Positions 13,864 to 27,000 of a DNA stretch of 64,000 bases are shown here, piece by piece. Numbering within the stretch: position 1 is the first letter of the stretch; each line of letters begins with the position of its first letter. This DNA is from Phoronis australis (lineage: Eukaryota > Animalia > Phoronida), in assembly GCA_002633005.1 (NCBI GenBank), contig NMRA01000251.1, positions 60,486 to 124,485 of the forward strand, given 5' to 3'. Position numbers and translations under genes: made by a program. The notes beneath the pieces were generated by a model. It searched no databases. It saw nothing but the letters and a program-made list of their open reading frames with translations, and was not told the origin of the DNA.

Positions 13864-14330
13864 AACAGCGTTCTGTCGTTCAGTAACTTTTCCAGACGTG
13901 GGGGGGGGGTGCTGAACGTGCGATAACATCTGACTCCTTTGTTAACTGCCCACCACAGTTTTTTGAGCCGTATGGCAAGCAGGCCAATTATCTCCCAGGC
14001 TTCAAAGGGTTGCTGAAACCTGGCAGAATAGATTGTCTTAACTTCTGTTGTAATAGGGCAATTTTGGTGATTCAAAAACTAAACATGATCAGCATTTGAC
14101 AAGGAATTCAGAAATGCTATAGGTTTAGGTTCAAATATGTCATAACATAACTTTCATTTTGAGCAGCACGATCTGATCGGAGATTAGAGCAATTATCGAA
14201 CAAAAGAGAGCCAGCCCACCAACCATGAATGCCAGAGTGGAGTTAATCTGTCGTGTAAGGTATTGGCTACAGGGATAAACTTCCCAACTTTTTGTTGGGC
14301 TAGAATCGAACCGTGAAGTTGGGAGCAACA
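13864..14330 (+). repeat. Copy 2 of the ~0.5 kb diverged direct duplication
   Basis: Aligns by eye to 11115-11670. Confidence 0.85.
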
Positions 14331-17300
14331 GGAAAACGCCGTAATGTCACACCGTCATCTGGGCGAAGGGGTATAACATGGGGGGTGGGCATATAATGCT
14401 GTACCCGAATGAAGGCGTACATCCAACCCAGTCACCGCCGATTTCATCCCTTCTCATATGTCTCTCCAGTATTTAAATACCCCGCTGCAGATTTTGCTAT
14501 TGTTCTTGTCCCACAAGTTGATTTCATTGTTGCTCGAATCGTCGTCACGGTGGGGGGCCGGGGTGTTCTCCGTCATATTCAGAATGAACGCGGTACTCGC
14601 GAATAAAAACCAAGACATATATCTATATGTATATAATATATGTATTATAATAATATATAAGAATAATAACCAGATGATTAATACAAACCCATGCTTTCTA
14701 TACTATGAATTTATAATACCGTGTATATATAACAATGCCCTGAAATATATGGCACTAACATAATAGTTACAAACGCCACCTGGTGGCAGTCATCCATAAC
14801 ACAATGCATTGATTCGGCTTCTATCACATAACCTTTAAAAAATACATTTTGCAATTCCCACCATCAAGATATCAACCAACACTTCTACACTTATATATAC
14901 TGAATACAAAATCGATATGCGCCTGTACCGTTGAACAGTCAACCGAGAATTCAACACGATAGGAGTAACTGACGTCACAAAAATATGTGGCAAAACACAT
15001 TGCACATTGTTTTGGGCCTAACACCATCCGATCCAACAATTTAAAGAAGCCACTAATGAAGCTGTCTCCAGTCAAACATTTTAGTTTCGATTTGCAACAT
15101 TTGTCAATAGATCAGCCAGAAATTGTTCCCTACAAACATTAGAAGTTATTTCTGCGTTTTTTTGGAAATCACGGTTAGTTCGATTAATAAATGCTTTGCC
15201 TAGTAGACCAGGCGGGTTAGGCTCACCATTTGACAGCAGAGACAAAACTTTCCGTATTTAACCATACATGTATACCAGTTTTCCCACATCCAGGAATCAA
15301 TCCTAGTATCTGAGAAACAACTGGCGATAAGTTTTACAACGGTCTCAAGCAAAAGTTGTTTTTGACATGATGGACAGGGTGAGGTCAATTGTCATTGGAT
15401 AATAAGTCACTACCCAGAATGCTGTCTGTAAAAGAAGTCAGTACAGCACACTCTGTTGTCAGAACAGCAAATTGAAAGCTGTGAGACATTCTTGAAAATA
15501 TGCATCAAGCGAGATTGTTTTTTGCAACACGGGATCTTTTATTAAAGGGACTGAGACAGGGCGAAAACTTCAAAAACTAGTTGCCGTGCAAAAGTTTCGG
15601 TATCCTGAACTCAGGGTACTGAGTCATGTATTTGAATGTGGCGTTCAAATACATGCAGTTAAATGTAGGTCACTTAGGTGCGTGTGTAGCAGGATAGAAC
15701 TGAAGAATTGTCGCCATTAAGTCCAAGACTGAGGGTAACACTACACTGCCACCTAGCGAACTGTGCAAAGATAAAAGGCCGCAAAGATAAAAGGCCAATA
15801 AGACATCTCCAACAGCAATAGTTCTAGGAGCACATCAAACACACACAGAGATATTAAGTAAACACACAAAATATCACATTTTACGAAAGGAGCACCGGAT
15901 CCAAGCTGGCAACTGGAATAATGTAGAATTAATCTGATTGATGTTCAACAAGAATCCCAATCTATTGCTACAAAACTACAACTAAACCGCCAAATAAATC
16001 AGCCAAGAAGGTCGTCTAACTCAGGCATTGATTTTGAAAACAATCACTGCATTTCTCGCCATTCTGAACGCTATTCACCTGCAAATTTTTATCAGGTATC
16101 AGCAAGTGAACCCAAGACAGGAGATCAGGTGCACTCACAAAGACATCATATTGGCAGATGAGCTAGTTAGTTTCAGAATGCACCGAACACTGGATTTTTG
16201 GAAGATCACAACAGACCACCACACCCAAAAGAGCTTGAGCACCAGTTATTGAATCAATGCTTAGCCTCCTAATGAGAAGGCAACATTCACACGAAAGCAT
16301 TTTCGGAGGACCGAGGCCATGTGAACGCTACATTAAACCAAACCATTGCATACTTGTACATGCGAGAATTTTTCCTAGCATTATAGATGATACAACAGAT
16401 GTAGACATGTTACAAAAGCATACAACAATACAATTCCAATGTTTTGTCCCTGCATATAAAAACCCCACTGTCCCTTCACAGCTAAAAGCAATGTTCTGCA
16501 GCACATACTCAAACAGATCAGCAGTAGCCACTGACCAATTATCTTTGACAAAACACAATGAACAACACTTAACTGTTTGCACCAGCAATTGCTCGCAAAA
16601 CTGTTTTATCCTATCAGTAACTATTACTTACGAATAGGGGTATTTCACTCTGAAGCATAAAAAAGCTTAAACTGATATTTTTGAAATCTAAGCCAAAGTC
16701 ACACCATCACAACTTACAGCCACGTTGAGCTATGGAGCATTCCAACCATGATAGTCTGTGGTCAACACAGCAAGATAACTTCACAGTATATCGGTGATTA
16801 ACTGTGAGTTTGGAATTTCGTTGGGTAAGCCGAACTTCATTGTCAACTAACTGAATACAAACTCAACATTGGTCCACGTTTGTGCAAGATCTTTTACACC
16901 CATGAGTGTCTAGTCAAAGTTGGCATGTGACGACCCTAGATTCAAGATACAAACTCGACTAAAACCTTGAAATTTAAAGAACACACTTGAACTAATTGCT
17001 GCCATGCAGGGGTCAACAAGTGCAAACTTGGATGAGATAGTCGTCCAAGTAAACTATAATGTATTTCAACTCAGAATGATGTGCTCGTATCTTCAAGTCG
17101 CACAAAAGTAGAAGGGATAATGCTCAATTTCGAGCGCAGAAAGTAAACCCACACGGGCCCTGAAGCGATAGCGACGTGTATCGACAAAATTCTTAATTTG
17201 ATTAAAATCTTGATAGCATCACTGTGACTAGCCACCTTCCTGACAAAGCACTACAGTTCTTGAGCCAAGTACAACCACGAGATACAGTAGCACACTATAG

Positions 17301-18024
17301 ACAATAGTGTGACGGTCTGATTCAGGCTTAAGAGTACTACATGAACGTAGCTTCACAAACTTGTGTCAAATACAGCATTGCAGTACAGACCATGCTAAAA
17401 TGACACAGAAAATGACACGGAAATTTTTGCATCATAAAAATACTGAAAAATTTAACAAAAACGAGGTCATCCACTTTTCCCTCATACGTCCGCATGGACC
17501 TGGACAAAAAATTGACATTCTTTATAGAGACAAAAGAATTCTTAGAACACCCACTATGCAAAATCAAATCTAAAAACTCAGTGGTTGCAGTACATTGTTT
17601 TGCTGGCACAGGTAAACCCCAATGTGTAAACGGCAGAGTGTTTTAGGTGCAATAAACTGGCAGTCACCAGCACTGATTTCAAAGAATGCGTGGCAGACAA
17701 TTGTGAGATATGGTGATTTGCACCAAAATCAGAAAATACGGATTCCCTTCATTAATAAGTCTGGTGAAAGGTAATAAACTTGAGGAATCTAACCTAACCA
17801 ACAATATTACCAAAAATACAAATTCTGGCAATGAAACCAGTAATGTCCCTTATATTTGAAAAAAATGCGCCAGCCTCAAAGAGAAAATTTTCCACGCGAA
17901 TGACTGCCAATGAGTTGTGGCTGAGTAATATGTGGTGGTTTCCTTGACTGATTAATATTATGCAGAGAAATAACGGTGGGATGGAATCAGAGACCACCGA
18001 CATACGGCACCCCCTGGTGGTGAA

Positions 18025-21000
18025 TTATGAGTATCGGCTAAGCAGCTGTTTCACTTCCTTCTGTGAGACTTCATCCTGGAAAGAACAAAATGCAGAAATG
18101 TGCCGTGTTAACCACAAAGAGAGTGAAAAACCAGGTTGTTTTTAGAGGTCAGTTAGCATTATGGTTATGTTTCATCACACGTCTGTTTCAAAATGAATGT
18201 CTGCTTTGCAGCACACGCTAGACGTTTCGAGACCCAATATTCATTGTCATGGTAACCAACTGCCATGACTGGAGTCTGGAAATGACAAGAAATTCGCAAG
18301 AAAAAAATGTGACCCAATCAAAGTTATAGGCAAGTTATACTCTTCCTGTTGTCTCAAAAACTGCCTTAGTTTTAACATTAAGCAAATTTCAAAATGAACA
18401 GGGCTGCGTCAAAATTTGATGAAGTTTCAATGCACAAAATCTTTGCCAAATATCTATTTCTTTTTCATTATATCCGGTTTCAACTCTTGACAAAATCTTG
18501 ACAAGTGTACCTCTTTTCACTTTGTCAAAATCGGGAGAAATTACAGTTTGTTAGTAGTTTTCAAAATAAATTGAATAATGTCAGTTTCTAACTCAAATCC
18601 GTGACTAAATATTCATTTCTTGTTGTCTAGAATCGGTTTCAATTCAAACAAAATCTCAAATTTGTTGTACTTTGAGCCAATGACACAAATGGTTTAAGAA
18701 AGACATGCACAAATACTTACATCACGTGACCTATTGGGTAATCTATTAGCTTTCTTCAAGAAGACAACTGCCGAGTCATATTTCTTCATTTCAACATAAC
18801 ACTGCAAGCATAACAACGTGAGTGCAGACTTAACACTATATTAAAAAACAACGTCTTCACAAACACACACCTAAAAGTTTCAAATGGTGGCTAAGCCAGT
18901 GTCTCAATTTCGAACAAAAACAGTTGCCATAAAACCCCCATTTATTTAGAAGGGGTTTTAGAACGACTTACAACACTGTGTGAATGGCACAATTTCTCAA
19001 ACACGCTGTTTCTAGTTACGAGCTGTGATGCAGGACTTGAAAATAGTAAAGTAATGAGTTGATGGCACTTATCTTTAATGGAAACATGTCATTGAGAAAA
19101 TGAAATTCCATTTGTCTCCCACATTGCGTCCTTAAGAAGTGAGATTTCACCATAGTACAGGTTTAAAATAATTACATCAGTGTTCTGATATCTTTCTAGG
19201 GTAAAGTTTATCTCCGTGCAAAAGTCAAGCATAGCATACGTCTGACAATAAAAACCTCAGATATACATCCTTTTTGGCGTTTTCTGGGCTTAACCCCAAT
19301 TATTGTATGTAAGTCGTAACAAAAATTAAAACTAAGTAATGGAAGGACATGTACAGTATAGTTTATTGTATTACCTAAGATTAGAAGAAAAATTATAGTT
19401 CTGAGTTTTCAATAACATAAAATTTTACTGTTGCACGCTATTGTGTTTTAAATTGAAGAAATGGCAATAGACACTTTCAAGGGTTACGCTTTCCTTCACT
19501 GGTTATCAAAATCAAGTGCCCTTATAAGTCACTATTGCCGAAGATATTTTACTGAACTGAATTTACAAGCAAAACCAAGCTGTGTAACATTAATTTGGTC
19601 TAAGTTCCTCAGAGATCTTATCCAAGAGACCTCACACCAAACCTTTGAACACAAATGCTGGAAACAGACACTGAGCAATCGATATCGAAAAATTTACTGC
19701 AACGCAGCCTGAGAATTGCTTCATAGGTCCGTCATCACAGGTTATTCGAAATTTAGAGTATAACTGACCTTAGCAACATAGAGGTAGTTGTCTTTAAGTT
19801 TGCCATCGTCATTCGTCAAGCCTTCTTTCGTGCGTAACCTGTCACTCTGAAGCAGTGAAATGGAATTTTGTTTCAGATGCAAACGAAAAGTAACCAGAGC
19901 ACTACAATGTTTTTATTTCAAAGGACACTAAACCATGTTTTGATGATTTCAACCAATTCTCATACCTGCTAACGATTCCTTGGCATCAATCTTGAAAAAT
20001 CCCTATCTCACATAATGGGACATTTTAGTCTTAGTGGGTGGTCTTCTCTTACAGTTTCCGTGTAATTCCCTGAAAGCGTAGGTCACGCTTGTCCATTTAG
20101 CAGACTTTGAAAGGAGTTTTCAAATATTCCTCTAAACTTTCGAGGGCTGTTGAGGGCTAAAAAGCATTATTTGTTTCAAACTGGGTAGGCAAGTCATTTT
20201 TAACATCTGTTAATTGGTCAAAACTGGGTTTCGTATCCTTTTAAGTTGCATAACTTATTTAAGTCAATACAATAGATTAGCCGTATGGCAGTGCTGAGAC
20301 AGAAGGGATATAGGTTCGCTAGGAAAGTAAAGATGAAACCTTGAAAACACAATCACAATTACCATCGTGGATATTGTAACAAGCATAGAAAATATAATAA
20401 TATAAGATACTTTAAAATAGCAAAATTTAATTTTGTATTAATTTAGTTTTTCAAACCTTGACAAAGTTACTGAGGGCATCGTTGATGGTGGCTGACAAAG
20501 GCTTGCCCAGCATGGTAGATGCTACCCTCCTCTCAATCCAACTCAACATGTAAACCTGTTGGTGAATACATATCCATGAAAACAATGACCTTCATGCCTG
20601 CTCGTGTAACAGTCTTTATTTCACACACACATTGCTTACATCATGGTTGCCATGTGCAACGACAGGCTGATGTTCTGCGCTCATTTTCGTGACAAGTGAC
20701 CTGAGGCTCAAGTCTGAACACTGCATAAAATTGTTGATCATCTGAAATATAACTGCTCAAAGAAAAATTTGGCTTAACAGTTTCATTCTAATTTATCTTA
20801 ATTAATTGCAGTTGGCTGCTTTGACCCAAATAAACCACTCAATAAAAGTTTAGGTAATTTTTACCACTTGATGGGATTGTGCATTTGATTGCTCACATCT
20901 CATTGTATATGCTCCAGTTGAAGATCTCAGAACAGATATTTTTGGAATATAATTAATCGCTTAGTCACATGGCATGTGAGCTGAGCACATGACCCAGGCT

Positions 21001-24000
21001 CAAACTACAGTGTCATGCAAGCAATCTACAGCTGCCCCTGCGAAACTGAGCATACAACAGGTGTGCCACAGTGTGCAGTGAGCTTTAGAGGATGAGACCC
21101 CATCAGCTGAACACAATATCACTTTGGTCTTTGAGCAATAATAAAGATTATGTACTCAGTGCAAAATTACCACTTTATGTGTAGGAAGTTTTCAAACGCT
21201 AAGTTGACCACAGAAACGTGCTATTCATGAGTATGGGTCAAAACCAATGTCTGAATAAAAACACACAATGACTGATCTTAATTTGTACACGTTACACAAA
21301 TGTCACTTTGATTAATACACTCGTCTACCCCCCTAGGAAATAAATTCAAATTTCAAGTTTCTTTAAACTCTTCATGCCTCTGTGATCAACGGTCAAAAAT
21401 AAAAAAATTTCCAATTGCGCAAATTAACTTCAGTGAAAATAACTTTAAAATATCTAAATGATTCTCAAATCAAGTTTGTGTGGTGAGTGAGCATGATTCA
21501 ACCTAAAGTAGTTACAAACCTTGTAACACCATCGCCCCAGCATATAATACAGGGTTGGATCTTCTGGCTTCAGTTTGATGGCTTTCTCTAGGTTATCCTG
21601 GTTAAACAACACAGAAAATGAATTAACCATCGGGGACAGCAGGAAGCTATTAGAAAGGGCAATTATAAGTCGGATATAAGGTACCAAGATTTTGAGAACC
21701 AGTTTGATATCCATTCTTCAGTGGAGAAAACTGGTTGTACATGCACGTTATATCTGGTGGATACTGTTAGAAAAGCCTTGGGCTTCCTCTATACATCAAT
21801 ACTTGATGATGGTCTCCTGCACCTTACTACACATGGGCCTATGACAAGCCTGGAGTAATTCGTCATATTTATTGTAAAGCCTCCTCAATGGGAGAACCGA
21901 CTTAAAAACAAAGAGATGAAGAGTCAAAAAACAAAAGAATTTAGAAAACCTAAAATACATTAGTCGGGAGAGTAAATTTCAGGAACTCACGAAAGCATCT
22001 AAAATTTCCTCTCCCTCTCCTTCTCCCTCTCTCTACCTTTCCCTCATTTCAGGAACAGTACACCAAAGTAAAAATATTGTCCTCCACATATATGTAAGCC
22101 GTTTGTACTTGTCTATGAGCACATAATAAAGTCACGTGTATGTCTAGAATTGACACACAAGTAGTATGAAAAATGTCAAAAATAATTTTGAGTTCGATTT
22201 CGAGTACAAAATAGGCTATACTACAGGCGCCGGCATGTAACCAAGAAACTTTACAAAAAATGAAGTTTTTGCCATGAAACTGTTAGCACATTGCAGCTTA
22301 GAAACATTTCTTAAATATCACCGTGGCAACACACAATTCAGAGACCTAGTACTTTAGCAGAGGTGTGATAACAGGTGCAGAAATAGTTGTGTGTAGAGGG
22401 GCAGTCCCAACTGAAGCCTTTTCATGAAGGGTAGCCCGAGTTCATGGTAACACACTGTGAATAGGATACAGTGAAGCTACTGACCTTAAACAAAACTCCA
22501 AGTTTGACTTGATCTTTAAGACTTTCGTATTCAACTGTGTTTCCAAGTGCCAACGTATACCTGAAACAAGGAAGAGAAATCAGAACGGTGATAATGGCTC
22601 AAAATAAAATCATGCAGAGAAGAGAAATAACTACGATGAATTGTCCTCCATTTCAAACTCTCTTCAATTAAGAATCCGCTTAAAGTTCAGAGTAGAGATT
22701 CTTCCTTTCTCAACAAACCTCTCATTCATGAAACTCACGTTTTTAAACTTAATAAAACGGTGCTCTTTGCCATAAAGGTTTCAGTAAAAAAAATCAAATT
22801 CAGTTGCAAACGTTTTTACCCAGTAACCTTACACAACAATTGGATAGTCTTAACTTTGGACTCATTGACCTATTTTCATATACGAAAGCAAAACTGAAAT
22901 TTTAAAAACTGCCAAATGACTTCTTTGAAATTTCAAAGGTCTGTATTGAGTGAGTTTGGTGATATTAAAACCTTAAAGCCTAAGAGGAGATTGCCTGGAA
23001 CAACAAATAAACTGTAAGAAGAAAATACCACTAACTTGACGTAAACGCAATAATCAAAACGACTTGGACCTACAGTAAAAATTCTCCAGTTTGGCACAGT
23101 GAAAACTTATTGTTTCCCTCAAAGTGCGAGACTATACCAAATTTCAGAAAAAGGCAATGTTGTCTGTCTTATTTCAGGACAAACGATCATTCACATTAAT
23201 TTTATGGTAGACACTGAGGGAACACGTGAGAACATTTCGTCAAGAGCTGTTTTGAGTGAGCGCAAGTCTATTTTCAGACTCTATTTATACAATTTTCAGT
23301 ATTTGAAAATATGATGGATGCCAAAAATTGTCTTATGTCCTAATCTTCAGTATCGAAAACACAGAATTTTGGCTTCAAACTTTGGAGTCGCAAAATTTTA
23401 GAGACTGCCAAAATTGGAGAATTTTTACCGTTGCAAGAAGAATACAAGAAAAACAGCATAATTGTGCAAAAGCTGCAGACAAAATTTTTAAAGTGCCCTT
23501 ATACTTCTTTTTCCAAGCCAAGGCCTTTAAGACATTTTCAAAGACTTACAATATGACAGTACAATTTAATTTGCTAAAAAAATGGTCACTTGCTGAATTT
23601 TGTCGAAATCTGTCTCTCTTTGCCAATTCATTGCAAGAGCACATGACAGGTGAAAATACTGAGAACTGACCCAGAATTTGTGCTTCAAATTTTGTTGCCG
23701 AAGTTGACTTTTGTCGAATACTACTGCACACGTACAGGAAATAGGGTGCAGAACTTGAACATGGAAAAGCACAATTTTGGTATTTCATATCTTATACGAA
23801 AAAAGTGGATATCACACGGCCACAGTTTGACCTACATCGGTACTATTATAACACATGCATCTGTCAGGGTGGTGATTTACAGGTTTACCTGGCATCTGTT
23901 TTATCTACTCTGTGGTTTTGAGAGTGTCGATTAATTGATAGGTTATCAGTAAGTGGTTAGTAACGCAGATTAAAAAAATAGTTGGCACTTAAACAAGGGC

Positions 24001-27000
24001 TTTAAAGAGGATAATGACATGTAAAGAACCACAAAGTGGTTACTCCATACAGAGCATGGCATTATCAGCCCAATTAAGATATCTCAATTATATTGAACTT
24101 TCCAATGTTTCGTGGGACTGCTTTGCTTTTGAAGCTTTGTTGCGTGTCCCGCAACAAAGCCAGAACGTCCTACTCTCCCGACATTTGTCATGATATTGAT
24201 ATTTGTGTACTCAACATGTCTTTGCGATAATGCCTACCTGTTCATTTCAGCCATTTTCCTTATTTTTCCAATTTACATGTCACAGACATGAGGAAGCTGA
24301 ACAACACGCCTCAGGCACGCGCTCAGACTTTCCAGAATGTTGTCAAATAAGCAGATTTATTAACTTTTAAATTGTTGTCCAAGGAGAACGCTAACCAAAT
24401 GCGAGACTCGTTAACTTGCAGGGCAAAAGGAAATGAACGAAGTACCATTTCCCGTTGAGATGATAAACTCTGCTAATTGCACTGAACGAAATGATGACCT
24501 AATATTAGCATCTTGCCAAGCACTTCCTGTCAACAATTTCCAGTTTTGTGATGCACTGGTTAAAGCTTTCAAAGATTATTAGAATCATAGATTGGTCAAA
24601 GTTTCTTTTTTGATAGCACATGCGTCGGGCTTGGGGACCACACATAAAATTCAGTTGCAATGTTTCTTAAAAAATTCGCAATATAAAAACACACATGCAA
24701 TCATTGATTGTTCGAAGATAAGAAATGTGACCCCCTGAACATTTTGATGAAGTTGCAGTGCATTTTAAGAGCATTAAAATATTACTGTTCATTAACGCCG
24801 CCCGATGCAAGTCAGATAGAAACATGGCTCAATTAGTACCGTGGAAATGGGTCTTTTACATTTATTAGTTATCTCAAAGGGGTTGTGACGAAGACTTAAT
24901 TGATCATTAATTTTTAAAAAATCATACTGTTTACTACAAATTTTTAAAGAAATGTTGGGGTCACCAAATTAGCCTCTGCAAAAAAGGCATCCCTGGTGAA
25001 AACATTAAATTTGCATGCAAGGTTTCTCAGAAGGCTAAGACCTCACATTTAATTAATAATTGAAATCTTTTCAGAACAAACATTCTTTGTACCTTTGTGT
25101 CAATTTTACGTTTTAACGACTTTATAAATGTTTTCCGATTTAATGCTTGTCTTAAATCAGCACAATTAAAACTTTATATTTGGATCTTAAGAACCTCAAA
25201 TTATAGTGTTGTGGCTTCCATACAAACTGTTAACTTTTTCTTTGCTGTTTCATTCGGCTACCTGTCATGTTTTTTATGAAAAATGGGAAGAAAATGCTAC
25301 TGTTGGGCCGGTCAGAGACTTCATTTAGAGTCATTTTTGCTCAAACAGCATCTGATTATTTCTGACATCTACTGTATCAAACTCCCTCTCACATGCTCAG
25401 CTCAATAAACATTTAATATTTTATTTTTAGATAACCTAACATGTGTACCATTTCATAGCCACTACACTGTAAAGCATGGCCATTGGTGTCAGAATTTGAT
25501 TAAAACTTCTACTTCAATAATCAAAAAACTTGACAAGGGGAGATAACGCACATTACCCCACATGAGGTCACATCGCAAAGTGAAATGTTGCCAAGATAAA
25601 CTTGCAGGCTGAAGGTCATCAATCTAGAGAGCTATTAATGAACCAGTGTTGGGAGCTTAACTCAGCTTAATCCAAAGTTGTGGACAGCTAGCCAAATGTT
25701 TGCACACGCATAATTAACAACAACATATTTTGCAAAAGGATTGACATCATAGGGAGTATTTTTTATGTCAATTAGCACTGAAGGAACTTGCCTTGAGATT
25801 GAAATTAGGTGGTTTGTTGTCTGATTTGAAATATAAACATATACATAACTGAAAGATTGCCAAGTAATGAAGGCTTTATTACTAGCAGATATGAAAATGA
25901 ATTGAGGAATTCTAATGGATATTCATTAATTAAAATGATTACTTATTCCATGTGATGTTAAACATACCAGCCACGAACCATATACATTTGCCTTGCTTGG
26001 AGTAAACAAATTGAGCCATTGGCTGTCAGAATTAGATCTACAAGAAACATATAACTCCAAATCGGTCATTTTTTTCATCACATTTCTTAAAAATTAGCCA
26101 GTCACCAAATCCCTTCATATCTCTGTTGTCGTTCGATCTTTCAATGGCTAACAGACTTTGCATGCTTCTTCCCACAGTCAGCAGACATGGACTAAATGCT
26201 TCTTAAACAATTTTCAAATCTATTTTGATTTCTATCTGCTGTTGACAGCGGGCTGACATGTTTTTGGAAAGTTCCAGTAGTTATGATTTTTGATTAAAAC
26301 AAATGTTTTAAAAAGGGCTAGCCTTTGAGTTCACAGCTTAAATACAGTGGCATCCACTTGAGCTTGGAATAATCCAGTTATTGTCACATAATGATTTAGT
26401 ATTCCTGCCTATTGCCGATGAAAATGAATGCAAAATGATTCTTGCCTTCTTATCGTATCTACCTTTCACCTTCAGTTTAATTCAATCCTTAGAATTCAGC
26501 CCCTCCCCCACCTTGGGAAAATCAATCATTCCCCTCTTAGCAGGCTTACTGTTAGCTCCTTAGTCTGGCATTCAGCCTTTCCCTGACATCCCATAATTAC
26601 CCTGGTATTATCACTGGCATACATTTAGAGGACAGGGGTCAAACTGCCCCAGGTTATACCCTTTCAGGGGTGACACTAAACCAGCATGCCCTTGTCAACG
26701 GCTAAAAATGACCAAAATGTAGCACTTTTATCAGGCGCTGAATAAGGGAATAGTCCTAATTCATCCAGTGTCAATCTCGAAACCATCCGTGGCTCTAACG
26801 GTGGTGCGTACGCGTTCAATCTTCTCAAAATGTCAACAGGACTACACAGCGGAAAAACAGCCCAGTGGCTTCCAGCAATGGAAAGCTAAACAGGCAAAAA
26901 CTGATGAGACTAAATTGCTGGTTCAAATTTGAAATGTGACATGGCAAGTGAAGGTCAAGGTGACAAGCCTTTGGAAAAATTAGAATCGGAAACAGGTGCT

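Noticed and set aside
11115-14330. LTR retrotransposon interpretation of the direct repeats
   Set aside because: No TG..CA ends, PBS/PPT or gag-pol remnants were found between the copies.
14350-14610. GC-richer coding-looking patch
   Set aside because: Only short ORFs with no recognisable domain, so I could not support a call.
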